Both the position numbers and the translations under genes were made by a program. The notes under the pieces are model-generated. The model ran no database searches. It was not told the origin of the DNA and was given only the letters and a program-made list of their open reading frames with translations. Of a DNA stretch of 64,000 nt, positions 9,583 to 18,609 are shown in pieces (positions within the stretch are counted from its first letter, which is position 1; the number at the start of each line of letters is the position of its first letter). The stretch is from Candidatus Gottesmanbacteria bacterium UBA6580 (GTDB taxonomy: Bacteria; Patescibacteriota; Microgenomatia; UBA10105; UBA927): NCBI GenBank assembly GCA_002433895.1, contig DJJA01000003.1:107185-171184 (forward strand), written 5' to 3'.

Positions 9583-11742
9583 TTATTGACACCCCGGAGG
9601 TAGCGGAATAGGAACGTTTTGGTTTGGTCCTTTATACCCCCAATGTAAATGCGTTCCTGTGCCTGGACCGTTGTTGCCATAAGTATACCCTGTTGTATCA
9701 ACATACCCAATAACAGTGCCGGCAGGGATAAGCGTTGGTGAGCCGGAGTTTGCTGCAACCACTGGTGACACATCTAGTAAATGAGCATAATTTGTACAAT
9801 ATTGCTGTTTTGTGGAGGGGTCGGTCGCGACAAGCACCACATTGTTTCCGTAACTTGCCGCCTTGTATTGATACGGTAGATAAGAGTTTGCGTATGAGGC
9901 GATATAGGCGTCGTGAGCTGCAACCACCGGCGTTCCCTGTGCTGCAGCAAAATCCCATGCATTAAGCGTTTTATGAGATCCCGTTGAGGTGAACGGCCCC
10001 TGGCTAATCGGCGCGCGTACCGGGCAAGTGGTGATAGGGGCGACCGGCGAGGTTCCACTCCATACACAACTAAACGTTGTTACATCAGCCGCAACCTCAT
10101 TTATTTCTTGTTTAAGATTTCTCAGTGATGCGAGGATGGCACTCACTTTGGCGCTATGTGAAATAAGGGACAAATTAAGCGGCGAAGGAAAGACAAATAA
10201 AAATATAAGCGCAACAATGACGATTATCGATACGAGAAGCGGCATGTCCTGTCCCATGGGGATGGGAATAGTGGCCGCCCTTCTGGAGCTAGAGAGCTGA
10301 CGGGGGATAAGGGGGTTCGTTAAGAAGAATGACGCTGACCGGTCGACAAACGCGCCTATAGCGCCGCCGACGGCGTTATTAAGCGCGCTTAGTCCAAACC
10401 ACGGGAAAAATGAGGCGCGCACCTTTCTTTTTTGCCGTGCCGTTTTTACGGCCGCCGTCTCGGTAGCGCGAAACACGTCCCACGGGGCAATAGTTGAAGG
10501 TAAGAAGTTCCTTCCTTTTGGTGACGTGGCACTTGCGCGCGCAAGCTCGAAATAATCAAGGACGCGCTCTTTTGTGCCATGAGTAAGAACCGGGCCCAGC
10601 GGCCCCCGGAACACCGAAGAAAACACGTCGCTTACCAGTGACCGTGCCTGTCCCGATTGTTGTCTTTCAGATAGTTGGTGGGTAAGATTTTGAGATATAT
10701 TCGTGAACAATGCGCTATGGACAAAATTTTCTCCAAGCCGGTCAGTAAAGCTTTGCGCGCTTGTTAACATTGATCTGAGCGTGCCATTTACTTTTTCATG
10801 GATAATCATTTCCCGAAGTGGTTCTCCCACAAGAGATAAAACACCATCGGCTCCCTGTTGGAGCCCCTTCGCCGCCCCTTTTGCGTTTGCCGCAGAGAAA
10901 AAGTTTAGTCCACCGTTCCTTTCTTGTTTTGCCTCGAGCGATTCGGCGATGTGCGCCAATTTATTTGCCCGGGCAAGCGATTCGGCGGTTGTTTCAGAAG
11001 GGGGGGCGTTTAACACCACATCGACGAGCACGTCGGGGCGCTTCATATCAATATCGTCATAGAGCGCTGTCGTGAGCGTCGCGGCGCGCTTTGCCTGTTG
11101 TGTGACGCCCGAGACATACGCATTGTTCGCTTCAAGGACGTCGTTAATGGTTGTTTTTAACTGGGCTGCCTGTTCCTGGGTTAATGTGCCCCCGGTTATT
11201 GCGTTTGAGGCAAGTATAAGTTCTGCAAATCTTTCTTTTGTTTGTTGCTGTGTTGCTTCTCCTGATGCTGCGATGAGGGCGCTGTCGGCAACAGCACCCA
11301 CCCGGTCTTCGGAAAGCGTGGGCATGGTCGAGCTAAACCGCGTTACCAGATCATGAACAAACGCGCGCCGCCGCTCTTTTTGACTGGTAACCGAGGTTGC
11401 TGCAGCCTGTTTTATGCGCGATGAGGCGTATTTCCGCACTTCACCCACAGCTTTCACCTCGTTTTCCAACAGCGCTTGGTCGGGAAGTTGCGATTGAAAA
11501 TTAGGGAGTTCTTTTAGTTTTTCTGAGCCCCGGGAAACAATTTCCGTAAACACCTTAACCAATTCGTCTTCCCCCATGATCTCTGCCTGCCCCAGAGATG
11601 TTTTTTGCTCCTCTATGAGTTCCCGAAGATATGAATACTGGCTTGCCGCGGCAATCGCTTCGTATATAGAAATGCTCCCCGAAGCGACGTCAGATAGTAG
11701 GTTATCAGCAAATTCACGGAGCGTTTGAGGATCGTTTGCCAT
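9583..11742 (-). CDS. T4SS-associated cell-wall hydrolase: large helical N-terminal domain, single TM, C-terminal M23 (LytM-type) metallopeptidase
   Basis: C-terminus carries the M23 signature (AWDF, HDAY, YGNNVVLV, YAHLLDV, GTHLHWG = HxxxD ... HxH); TM helix MPLLVSIIVIVALIFLFVF at about aa 495-515; N-terminal 480 aa helical with no motif. Confidence 0.6.
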   Translation of the reverse strand: MANDPQTLREFADNLLSDVASGSISIYEAIAAASQYSYLRELIEEQKTSLGQAEIMGEDELVKVFTEIVSRGSEKLKELPNFQSQLPDQALLENEVKAVGEVRKYASSRIKQAAATSVTSQKERRRAFVHDLVTRFSSTMPTLSEDRVGAVADSALIAASGEATQQQTKERFAELILASNAITGGTLTQEQAAQLKTTINDVLEANNAYVSGVTQQAKRAATLTTALYDDIDMKRPDVLVDVVLNAPPSETTAESLARANKLAHIAESLEAKQERNGGLNFFSAANAKGAAKGLQQGADGVLSLVGEPLREMIIHEKVNGTLRSMLTSAQSFTDRLGENFVHSALFTNISQNLTHQLSERQQSGQARSLVSDVFSSVFRGPLGPVLTHGTKERVLDYFELARASATSPKGRNFLPSTIAPWDVFRATETAAVKTARQKRKVRASFFPWFGLSALNNAVGGAIGAFVDRSASFFLTNPLIPRQLSSSRRAATIPIPMGQDMPLLVSIIVIVALIFLFVFPSPLNLSLISHSAKVSAILASLRNLKQEINEVAADVTTFSCVWSGTSPVAPITTCPVRAPISQGPFTSTGSHKTLNAWDFAAAQGTPVVAAHDAYIASYANSYLPYQYKAASYGNNVVLVATDPSTKQQYCTNYAHLLDVSPVVAANSGSPTLIPAGTVIGYVDTTGYTYGNNGPGTGTHLHWGYKGPNQNVPIPLPPGCQ

Positions 11743-11747
11743 AAAGG

Positions 11748-13664
11748 TTAGCCGGTTTTATTGGTTTGTACGGTTTCGACAGTGAAAATAGGACGATTTG
11801 ATTTCGGAAGCGCAGTCGCTTCCTGTGTCACCGGTTGGGCGTCGTGTTGAGGCGCCTGGTTTACCCCCGGTTTTTCCGCGAGCGCCTCTTGAGGTCTGGT
11901 GGTTGCAACCTCGTGTTCCTCTGGGCTTGCGATGACCCGCATGGCGGCATGCGCGGGACCCGCAAAAAATAACCCTTGTCCCACGTCTGCCGCAAGAAGT
12001 AGGTGTTTTTCTCCTTCAGAAAGATAAAACACCTGCGCGATTGTATCAATCGCCGCAGAAGACTGTTTGAGTAAAATTTGCATACTGCTGTTTTGAATAA
12101 TCGCCTTGCCCATTTCTGTTGCAAGAAAATCTTCCACATCTTGTGTGATGGTTGTAAGCCCAAGATAGTATTTGCGCGCCCGCTTCGCGATACCGTAGAG
12201 AAACTGTGCAGAATCTGGATATTTCATAAGGTACCACGCTTCATCCACGATAAGTAACCGTCGGCGTTTGTTATATCTGATTTTGTTCCAAATAAAATCC
12301 AGGATGAGATACATGGCAATGGGCCGCAGCTCATCTTCCAGATCGCGGATAGAAAACACCGTAAGCTGGTTTCTGATTGCTACATTTGTTTGTTGATCAA
12401 AAATACCCACAAGGCTTCCCCGGACAAATTTTTCTATTCGGTCGGCGAGTCCTTTCGCGAGCACCTCTTCCATGCCGACAAGCGTTTTGTATAAATCCTC
12501 CATTAGTGGTGGCTCTTTTGAGTGTGTGGAGGGGTCGGGGGTAATCCCTTTTTGTTTGTAAGTTAATATAATCGCGCGATCAAGCAACGCATCTTCTGTG
12601 GGGGTGAGCCTCCCCATTACCACCCGGAAAAATCCATGAAGCGACAATATTTTTTGACCCAACTCGCTTTCGTCGTTGCTGCCCCCAGACAGAAGCGCAA
12701 GGTCAAACGGATTTATTTTTGTGGACGATCCGAAACGGAAGCGTATATATTCGCCCCCCAGTGTGTGGGTAAGATTTTCATATTCGTTTTCCGGATCAAT
12801 GATAATTACTTCGGTATCAAACATGAGGCTCCGCATAACCTCAAGCTTCACCATGTAGCTTTTTCCGCCTCCTGACTTACCAAACACAACCGAATTCGCG
12901 TTTTCGAGAGTAAACCGGTCAAAAATAATAAGCGAATCGTTGTGTTCGTTGAGACCATAAAGAATGCCTTCGTTTGCTGTAAGCTCACTTGTCGTGAACG
13001 GGAATGTTGTGGCAAGCGACGTGGTGTCCATGTTTCGTGTTACCACGAGCCGGTCTTTTCCTGTGGGAAGCGTTGTTTTTAGCCCCTCTTCCATCTGAAG
13101 GATGGCTTTTTTCGTGACAATGAGTAGTGATCCTAGTGTTGCTTCCACCTGTTTCGTCGCTTTATCAAGATCCTCGCGGGTTTTAGCGGGGATAGTGACA
13201 TAGAGACCAAATTGGAAAAAGCGCTCAGAGCCTTTTGCCAACTCTTGTTGAAGCGCTAGCGCGTCTTCCAGCGCAACCTGGACTGATGGTTCAATAACGC
13301 GTCCGCGTTTAAGGTCGGACTGTATCGTTGCTTCCATTTCTCCAACTTTGCGCTTAAGGTTTTCGAGAATTTCCTCGCTTCTCGTGGGGTAAATATACAT
13401 GGAAATATCGAGCGTGTGATTAAATGAAATAAGCGGCTCCAGCCAGTTTGCCGAAACAAAACGGGGGTAGCCCGCTACAAAAAGCGTCCGGTAGTACCAG
13501 TCGCCAACCTTAAGCAGGTCAAAATCTACTTCGATTGCGGGCGGCGCAATAACATCAGTAACGGTTAGAGGTTTTTGCCTGAGCGATGCGGCTCCACCCT
13601 TCGGTAGGGGCGGGGACCCCACCATTCGTCCTAGTAACGATGCGATATTTTTTGAATTAGACAT
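11748..13664 (-). CDS. VirB4/TrbE/PrgJ-family type IV secretion ATPase
   Basis: Walker A VVFGKSGGGKSYMVK, Walker B LLIVDEAWYLM, later IITQ motif; N-terminal region like Gram-positive VirB4 homologues; start MSNSKN (13664) is preferred because it just overlaps the upstream gene end. Confidence 0.8.
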   Translation of the reverse strand: MSNSKNIASLLGRMVGSPPLPKGGAASLRQKPLTVTDVIAPPAIEVDFDLLKVGDWYYRTLFVAGYPRFVSANWLEPLISFNHTLDISMYIYPTRSEEILENLKRKVGEMEATIQSDLKRGRVIEPSVQVALEDALALQQELAKGSERFFQFGLYVTIPAKTREDLDKATKQVEATLGSLLIVTKKAILQMEEGLKTTLPTGKDRLVVTRNMDTTSLATTFPFTTSELTANEGILYGLNEHNDSLIIFDRFTLENANSVVFGKSGGGKSYMVKLEVMRSLMFDTEVIIIDPENEYENLTHTLGGEYIRFRFGSSTKINPFDLALLSGGSNDESELGQKILSLHGFFRVVMGRLTPTEDALLDRAIILTYKQKGITPDPSTHSKEPPLMEDLYKTLVGMEEVLAKGLADRIEKFVRGSLVGIFDQQTNVAIRNQLTVFSIRDLEDELRPIAMYLILDFIWNKIRYNKRRRLLIVDEAWYLMKYPDSAQFLYGIAKRARKYYLGLTTITQDVEDFLATEMGKAIIQNSSMQILLKQSSAAIDTIAQVFYLSEGEKHLLLAADVGQGLFFAGPAHAAMRVIASPEEHEVATTRPQEALAEKPGVNQAPQHDAQPVTQEATALPKSNRPIFTVETVQTNKTG

Positions 13665-14319
13665 TTGATTCCTTTCCAAGACTTAACATAGTAACGTCTG
13701 GCGGCGGATTTCCCGGATTGTACATACTGAAAAACAGTTTTACGAGTGCATCAGAGTTAAGTTGTACTGCGTGTAACCCAACTCTCGCGAGCAACCGCAC
13801 AAGGTGATCTCTTTTGGGGAGAAGCACGGTTTGCGCACGGTCGTATATATATGATTTTTCGTAAGGTAGCCCGCCCTTTTTGGGTCCGAATAAAAGTGTA
13901 GAAGATACGCCGAGCTCCACGCTGGAAAACGGAAGGACTATATAGAATTTTTTGTCGAGCACATCCTTTTCTTTTACCATAGACGCGACAAACAGCCGGT
14001 ATCCATGAATACTCTTTGTAAGTTTCGGGTTTTTTTGACGCGCCTCCTGATCTTCGAGCAGCTTGAGGTAGGCAGAAATGTCCTTGTGTTTTGTCTGAAT
14101 AAGAATTTGGATAGGAAATGAAAGGGAGTTGAGTAATCCCGCATACGCGTAAATAATTGCGTCCTGTTCTTTTTCAGAAAGCAGGCCGAAATTGACCGCC
14201 GTTGTGGCAATAACGAGCGAGACTGATCCATCAGCAAACATAACAAGATCACGGTCAATATCGACAATTTCCGTAAATACTTGTGTGGATGCCCGTATGG
14301 GTGTAATTGGTTCTGCCAT
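13657..14319 (-). CDS. hypothetical T4SS operon protein
   Basis: ORF between the PrgI-like gene and virB4; preferred start MAEPITPIR at 14319 (the alternative at 14385 would overlap the upstream gene by 60 nt); no motif. Confidence 0.4.
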   Translation of the reverse strand: MAEPITPIRASTQVFTEIVDIDRDLVMFADGSVSLVIATTAVNFGLLSEKEQDAIIYAYAGLLNSLSFPIQILIQTKHKDISAYLKLLEDQEARQKNPKLTKSIHGYRLFVASMVKEKDVLDKKFYIVLPFSSVELGVSSTLLFGPKKGGLPYEKSYIYDRAQTVLLPKRDHLVRLLARVGLHAVQLNSDALVKLFFSMYNPGNPPPDVTMLSLGKESNV

Positions 14320-14323
14320 ATAA

Positions 14324-15652
14324 TTAAACGGATGTTTTTCCGAAAATTTCCTGGGCGAGCTTTTCGCGCGTGAGCACCTTTTCACTTTTAGCGATTATTT
14401 CGAGTACGGGAACGACCGTGCCATTGAGGGTGATCTGTACCCTGGTAAAAGTAAATCTTCCCCGCGGGTCTTCTATTTCTACAAAGTACACGCCGCTTGT
14501 AAGTGGTGTTGACGCGGCAAATTGTCCGAGCTTGTTTGTTTTGAGCGCGCGCATGGGCACCCCCTCACCGTTTGTGACAGTAACAAGAATGCCGGGCAAC
14601 AAGTTGCCTACGTCATCTTTGACAAGGCCAGTGATCACATTTGGCGCGTTCGTCAGACGCGGTAGCCCCACCTTTACCGCCCCCTCCTCAGTTGTAATGA
14701 CATTAACTGTGCCGCGGGACGACCCCGCAAGGCTATCTTCCCGAGGGGTCGTTGCCCGGGGTGATACTGGCTGTGGCGGAGCCTCCCTGCGTTTGAGTGC
14801 GACCAACTGCTCTTCTGTGTTTGTTTTTGCCGCAAGTGTTTCGGTGAGTTGTTTTTGTAATTCAAGTACCCGCTCTTCCGTCATGGTTTTTGTCGCAAGC
14901 TTTGCTTCGAGAGCCGCGAGGGTTTCCTCAAGCTGTTTAATTTTCTGCTGTGTTTCCTCACTTACCACGCTAGAGGTGGTCTGAGGCGCAGGTGGCGGTG
15001 GCGCCTCGACGTGTTGACCGGTAACCGATGGAACCGGACGCGCAACGGGTGGAGCGGGAGTTGGATGATGTGCGGGTGCTGCTACATGTTTTGGACGGAA
15101 CAAAGACATGATTTCATCGATAAGTGTTACGTGTGGTTTCTGTGCATGCACAGTCATTGGAGAAGTGGGGTGGGGCGTTTGCTGGGCGCCGGCATTTCCC
15201 GGCTGAAACAAGTCAGAAAGCGCGCTTTTCGGGTTCGTTTGTGGTGCTGTTGCGGGTTTTGCCGCTGGTGTCTGCGGAGGGATGACAGGAGCCGCTGACA
15301 CAGCGGCAGCAGGTTTGTTGCCCTGAGGCGTTGGCGGTGCCTTGGCGGCGGGAGGCGTCATTGATGCTTCATGTGACCAAATGTATTGTGTGGGGTTATA
15401 GATGCTTTTAAAGAAAGAAAAAACCCACACATCCATCGGCCGCTCCTCGATTGGGATAAAAGCAAACCCTATACCTAAAAAAGCGAACGCACCGGTAAGC
15501 GGCCAGGTGATAATAAAAGGGAGGGGTAGTTTATACGCGATAAACGCGAGAATTGCTCCGGCACACAAGTAGCCGAATTGTTTCAGCGTCATGTCGCCGA
15601 TCAGCCGAAACTGAAACGTCGTAACATTTTGAGGGACAGGATGTTGTTCCAT
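14324..15652 (-). CDS. PrgI/VirB3-like membrane protein fused to Pro/Ala-rich linker, coiled coil and C-terminal carboxypeptidase-regulatory-like / Cna-B-like beta-sandwich domain
   Basis: N-terminus NVTTFQFRLIGDMTLKQFGYLCAGAILAFIAYKLPLPFIITWP with two TM helices resembles PrgI-family (VirB3 analogue) proteins; then a PAAKAPPTPQ-type low-complexity stretch, a heptad coiled coil (QQKIKQLEETLAALEAKLATKT...), and C-terminal GILVTVTNGEGVPMRALKTNKLGQFAAS..GVYFVEIEDPRGRFTF typical of CarbopepD_reg-like folds. Confidence 0.55.
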   Translation of the reverse strand: MEQHPVPQNVTTFQFRLIGDMTLKQFGYLCAGAILAFIAYKLPLPFIITWPLTGAFAFLGIGFAFIPIEERPMDVWVFSFFKSIYNPTQYIWSHEASMTPPAAKAPPTPQGNKPAAAVSAAPVIPPQTPAAKPATAPQTNPKSALSDLFQPGNAGAQQTPHPTSPMTVHAQKPHVTLIDEIMSLFRPKHVAAPAHHPTPAPPVARPVPSVTGQHVEAPPPPAPQTTSSVVSEETQQKIKQLEETLAALEAKLATKTMTEERVLELQKQLTETLAAKTNTEEQLVALKRREAPPQPVSPRATTPREDSLAGSSRGTVNVITTEEGAVKVGLPRLTNAPNVITGLVKDDVGNLLPGILVTVTNGEGVPMRALKTNKLGQFAASTPLTSGVYFVEIEDPRGRFTFTRVQITLNGTVVPVLEIIAKSEKVLTREKLAQEIFGKTSV

Positions 15653-15774
15653 GTACCCTTCATTGTAGAGGGAAAAATTAAGGTGTTCAATAGCACAAAG
15701 CGCATCAGGACCGTGAAAACTCCACTTTTAGAGTTTTCACGAATGAAAAAAATAATCTATGATAAGATAGCCTC

Positions 15775-17961
15775 ATGAGTGTGTCACCAGTGACGTTGTT
15801 GGAAATTCAAAACGCTAGGGAGAGCGAGGAGTCGCCGCTTGCGATGGAGCAGGTGTTTGCTGCGCTGGGAAGCGGTGGAGCCCACCAGAATATATTCCAG
15901 CGCCTTTTTGGCGGCGGCCATACGCAAGCATCACACTTTAGTCTGGAGATAGTCTCGGTGAATAGTCGGATCCATTTTTTTCTTGCGGCTCCCGATTCAC
16001 TCCGTGAGTATCTCGAGAGCCAGCTCACCGCGCAGTACCCAAGGTTGCTTATTACGAAAATCCCCGACTACATGGAGCATTTTCTTTCGCTTCCACACGC
16101 GTCGGGGCAACTAGTGTACGGGAGCAGCTTTTATTTACCTCTCAAGACATACAAGGACATAAAAGACCTGGATATTCTTTCGGGCGTCGTTGGGCAATTC
16201 GCGAAGTTACAGCCTCAGGAGGCTGTAGCGCTCCAGATACGAGTAGCTCCCGCAGGGAGCGGGTGGCAGCGGTCGATTGCCTCCATGATTGCCAAAGGAG
16301 TGCCCGACCCGAACTCAACCGTTGGGCGCACCAAACAGCACCCGCACGCCAGACTTATGGAAACAAAGATGAACCAGGTGGGTTTTTCAGCGGCGATAAG
16401 GCTTGTCGCTGTTGCGCCAACAGAAGGCCGGGCCAAGCAGGTGCTCCACACGTCCGCAGGTACATTCGGGGTGTACACATCGGGCGAAGGAAACAGCCTG
16501 GTGTTGTCTGAGCCGCAATTTTGGCAAAAAAAGAAATTTGAGCAGTCGTTTTTACTTCGGGGAGATTATTTGCGTCCCCGGTTCCAGGTGTTGGGAGCAA
16601 GCGAGCTATCGTCATTGTGGCATCCGCCCGGCATGGGACTTTCCATGATCAAAAATATTCATTGGGGGGCACGTCTTTTGGGGGAGGCGCCCGCTAACTT
16701 GCCGATTGCGACTGATGATCAGGAAGAAAAACGAAAAATTAATTTTTTTGCAAAAACGGAATACAAAAATACCCCCACCACGTTCGGTGTTAAAAAAGAA
16801 GACCGGAGAAAACACCTCTATGTTATCGGAAAAACTGGCACCGGTAAGTCAACAATGATCGCGAACATGGCAATAAATGATATGAAAAACGGCGAAGGTA
16901 TGGCAGTTATCGATCCACACGGAGATCTCTGTGACATTTTATTACATTATGTACCGTCAAACAGGATAAATGATGTTGCTTACTTGGATCCGTCTGATAT
17001 CGATAACCCGTTTTATTTAAACCCCCTTGAGGTAAAAAATCCGGCGTACCGCGAGTTGATAGCTTCGGGGATCGTGTCGATATTTTATAAGTTGTATCAC
17101 ATGAGTTGGGGGCCGCGGCTTGAGTATATTCTCCGAAACACAATTTTGACCCTAACGCATGTTCCGCAGTCGACATTTCTTGATATACCCGAGCTGCTCA
17201 CCAACGAACGGTTCCGGGAAAAGGTGGTAGAAAAACTTGATGACCGGGTACTCAAAAATTTTTGGCTCAACGAGTTTAATAAGTTGTCTCCACAGCTTAA
17301 AAGCGAGTCGATATCACCAATTCTTAACAAGGTTGGACAATTTCTTTCGTCAAAAACTATTCGAAACATCGTGGGACATCCCACTTCTACCATTGATTTG
17401 GAACACATGATGAACGAGGGGAAGATTGTGATCGTCAATCTTTCTCAGGGGAAGCTCGGGGAAGATAGCAGCGCGTTGTTGGGGGCGATGATTATTACAA
17501 AAATGCAGCTTGCCGCCATGAATAGGGTATATAAATCAGAGGAAGACAGACGGGATTTTTATCTCTATGTCGATGAGTTTCAGAATTTTGCCACGCAGTC
17601 GTTTATAAAGATATTGTCTGAGGCGCGAAAGTACCGTCTAAATCTTTCGCTTGCGAACCAGTATATAGGTCAAATTGATGAAGACGTACAGAAGGCGATT
17701 TTCGGTAACGCAGGCTCAATCGTGTCATTTGCGGTGGGAGCCGCAGACGCGAGGCTTCTGGGGCGTGAATTCGGCGAAAAGTATGAAGAGTCAGAGTTGG
17801 TGGGCCTCGGAAATTTTCAGATAGTCCTAAAGTTATCTATAGACAACCAAACGTCAACGCCGTTTTCGGCAGTTACGTTACCGTTGCCGAAGAGCCGCAA
17901 TGAACATCGTGAGACAGTTATCCGTGTTTCTCGCGAACGGTACACAAAAAAGGTACAATAG
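15775..17961 (+). CDS. type IV coupling-protein-like ATPase (TraG/VirD4/TraD family, TraG-D_C type), no N-terminal TM
   Basis: Walker A YVIGKTGTGKSTMIAN followed by AVIDPHGDL; Walker B / TraG-D_C-like LYVDEFQNFA; divergently transcribed from the virB4 operon; no hydrophobic helices at the N-terminus. Confidence 0.6.
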   Translation: MSVSPVTLLEIQNARESEESPLAMEQVFAALGSGGAHQNIFQRLFGGGHTQASHFSLEIVSVNSRIHFFLAAPDSLREYLESQLTAQYPRLLITKIPDYMEHFLSLPHASGQLVYGSSFYLPLKTYKDIKDLDILSGVVGQFAKLQPQEAVALQIRVAPAGSGWQRSIASMIAKGVPDPNSTVGRTKQHPHARLMETKMNQVGFSAAIRLVAVAPTEGRAKQVLHTSAGTFGVYTSGEGNSLVLSEPQFWQKKKFEQSFLLRGDYLRPRFQVLGASELSSLWHPPGMGLSMIKNIHWGARLLGEAPANLPIATDDQEEKRKINFFAKTEYKNTPTTFGVKKEDRRKHLYVIGKTGTGKSTMIANMAINDMKNGEGMAVIDPHGDLCDILLHYVPSNRINDVAYLDPSDIDNPFYLNPLEVKNPAYRELIASGIVSIFYKLYHMSWGPRLEYILRNTILTLTHVPQSTFLDIPELLTNERFREKVVEKLDDRVLKNFWLNEFNKLSPQLKSESISPILNKVGQFLSSKTIRNIVGHPTSTIDLEHMMNEGKIVIVNLSQGKLGEDSSALLGAMIITKMQLAAMNRVYKSEEDRRDFYLYVDEFQNFATQSFIKILSEARKYRLNLSLANQYIGQIDEDVQKAIFGNAGSIVSFAVGAADARLLGREFGEKYEESELVGLGNFQIVLKLSIDNQTSTPFSAVTLPLPKSRNEHRETVIRVSRERYTKKVQ

Positions 17962-17967
17962 CCCCCT

Positions 17968-18522
17968 ATGAATATAGGACTGTTGGGAGGCGCGTTTAAC
18001 CCGCCGCATTTTGGCCACCTCATGATTGCCCGCCAGGTGTTGGATTTTACCGATACAGACGAGGTGTGGTTTTTGCCTAACTTTGGCCAGATTCCTCCAA
18101 AGCCTGTGGCTGGTGTTGCTGACCGGCTTGCGATGACGAAGTTATTACGGCTTCCAAAAACACGGGTGTCCACGATAGAGATAGACAATTCGCTTGATGG
18201 GGACACGATCCATTTGCTTCCGTATTTGCCCAAAGAGCATAATTTCCGCTTTATTATCGGCTCCGACCAGCTTCCGACGTTTCACTTGTGGGGACGGTGG
18301 GAAGAGTTGCTTCGTTCAATGCCGTTTTTAGTGTTTCCAAGGTATGGGTTTCCCAACGAGCCGTTGTATCCGAACATGACACTCGTTTCTAACGAGCTGC
18401 TTGTGGGAACGAATATTTCATCGACAAAAATCCGCAAGCGGGTTGAGCGCGGGTTGTCCATTGAGGAGTTTGTGCCCCCCAACATTGCTTCGTATATCAC
18501 CTCACATGGGTTATACCGATAA
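17968..18522 (+). CDS. nadD: nicotinate-nucleotide adenylyltransferase
   Basis: GGAFNPPHFGH (HxGH nucleotidyltransferase motif) and ISSTKIRKRV (ISST motif). Confidence 0.85.
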   Translation: MNIGLLGGAFNPPHFGHLMIARQVLDFTDTDEVWFLPNFGQIPPKPVAGVADRLAMTKLLRLPKTRVSTIEIDNSLDGDTIHLLPYLPKEHNFRFIIGSDQLPTFHLWGRWEELLRSMPFLVFPRYGFPNEPLYPNMTLVSNELLVGTNISSTKIRKRVERGLSIEEFVPPNIASYITSHGLYR

Positions 18523-18609
18523 GCTCCCTTGTTCTTCGTGAGATGACAGGATAGAATTATGGTAAGCGCATCTATGCGGCGCGTTGTTTCGTGTAATTTT
18601 ACTTAGTGT

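Noticed and set aside
14370-14984. 204-aa plus-strand ORF rich in Ser/Thr/Val
   Set aside because: Antisense to the Pro/Ala-rich linker of the PrgI-like gene; its low-complexity composition is the reverse-complement artefact of that region.
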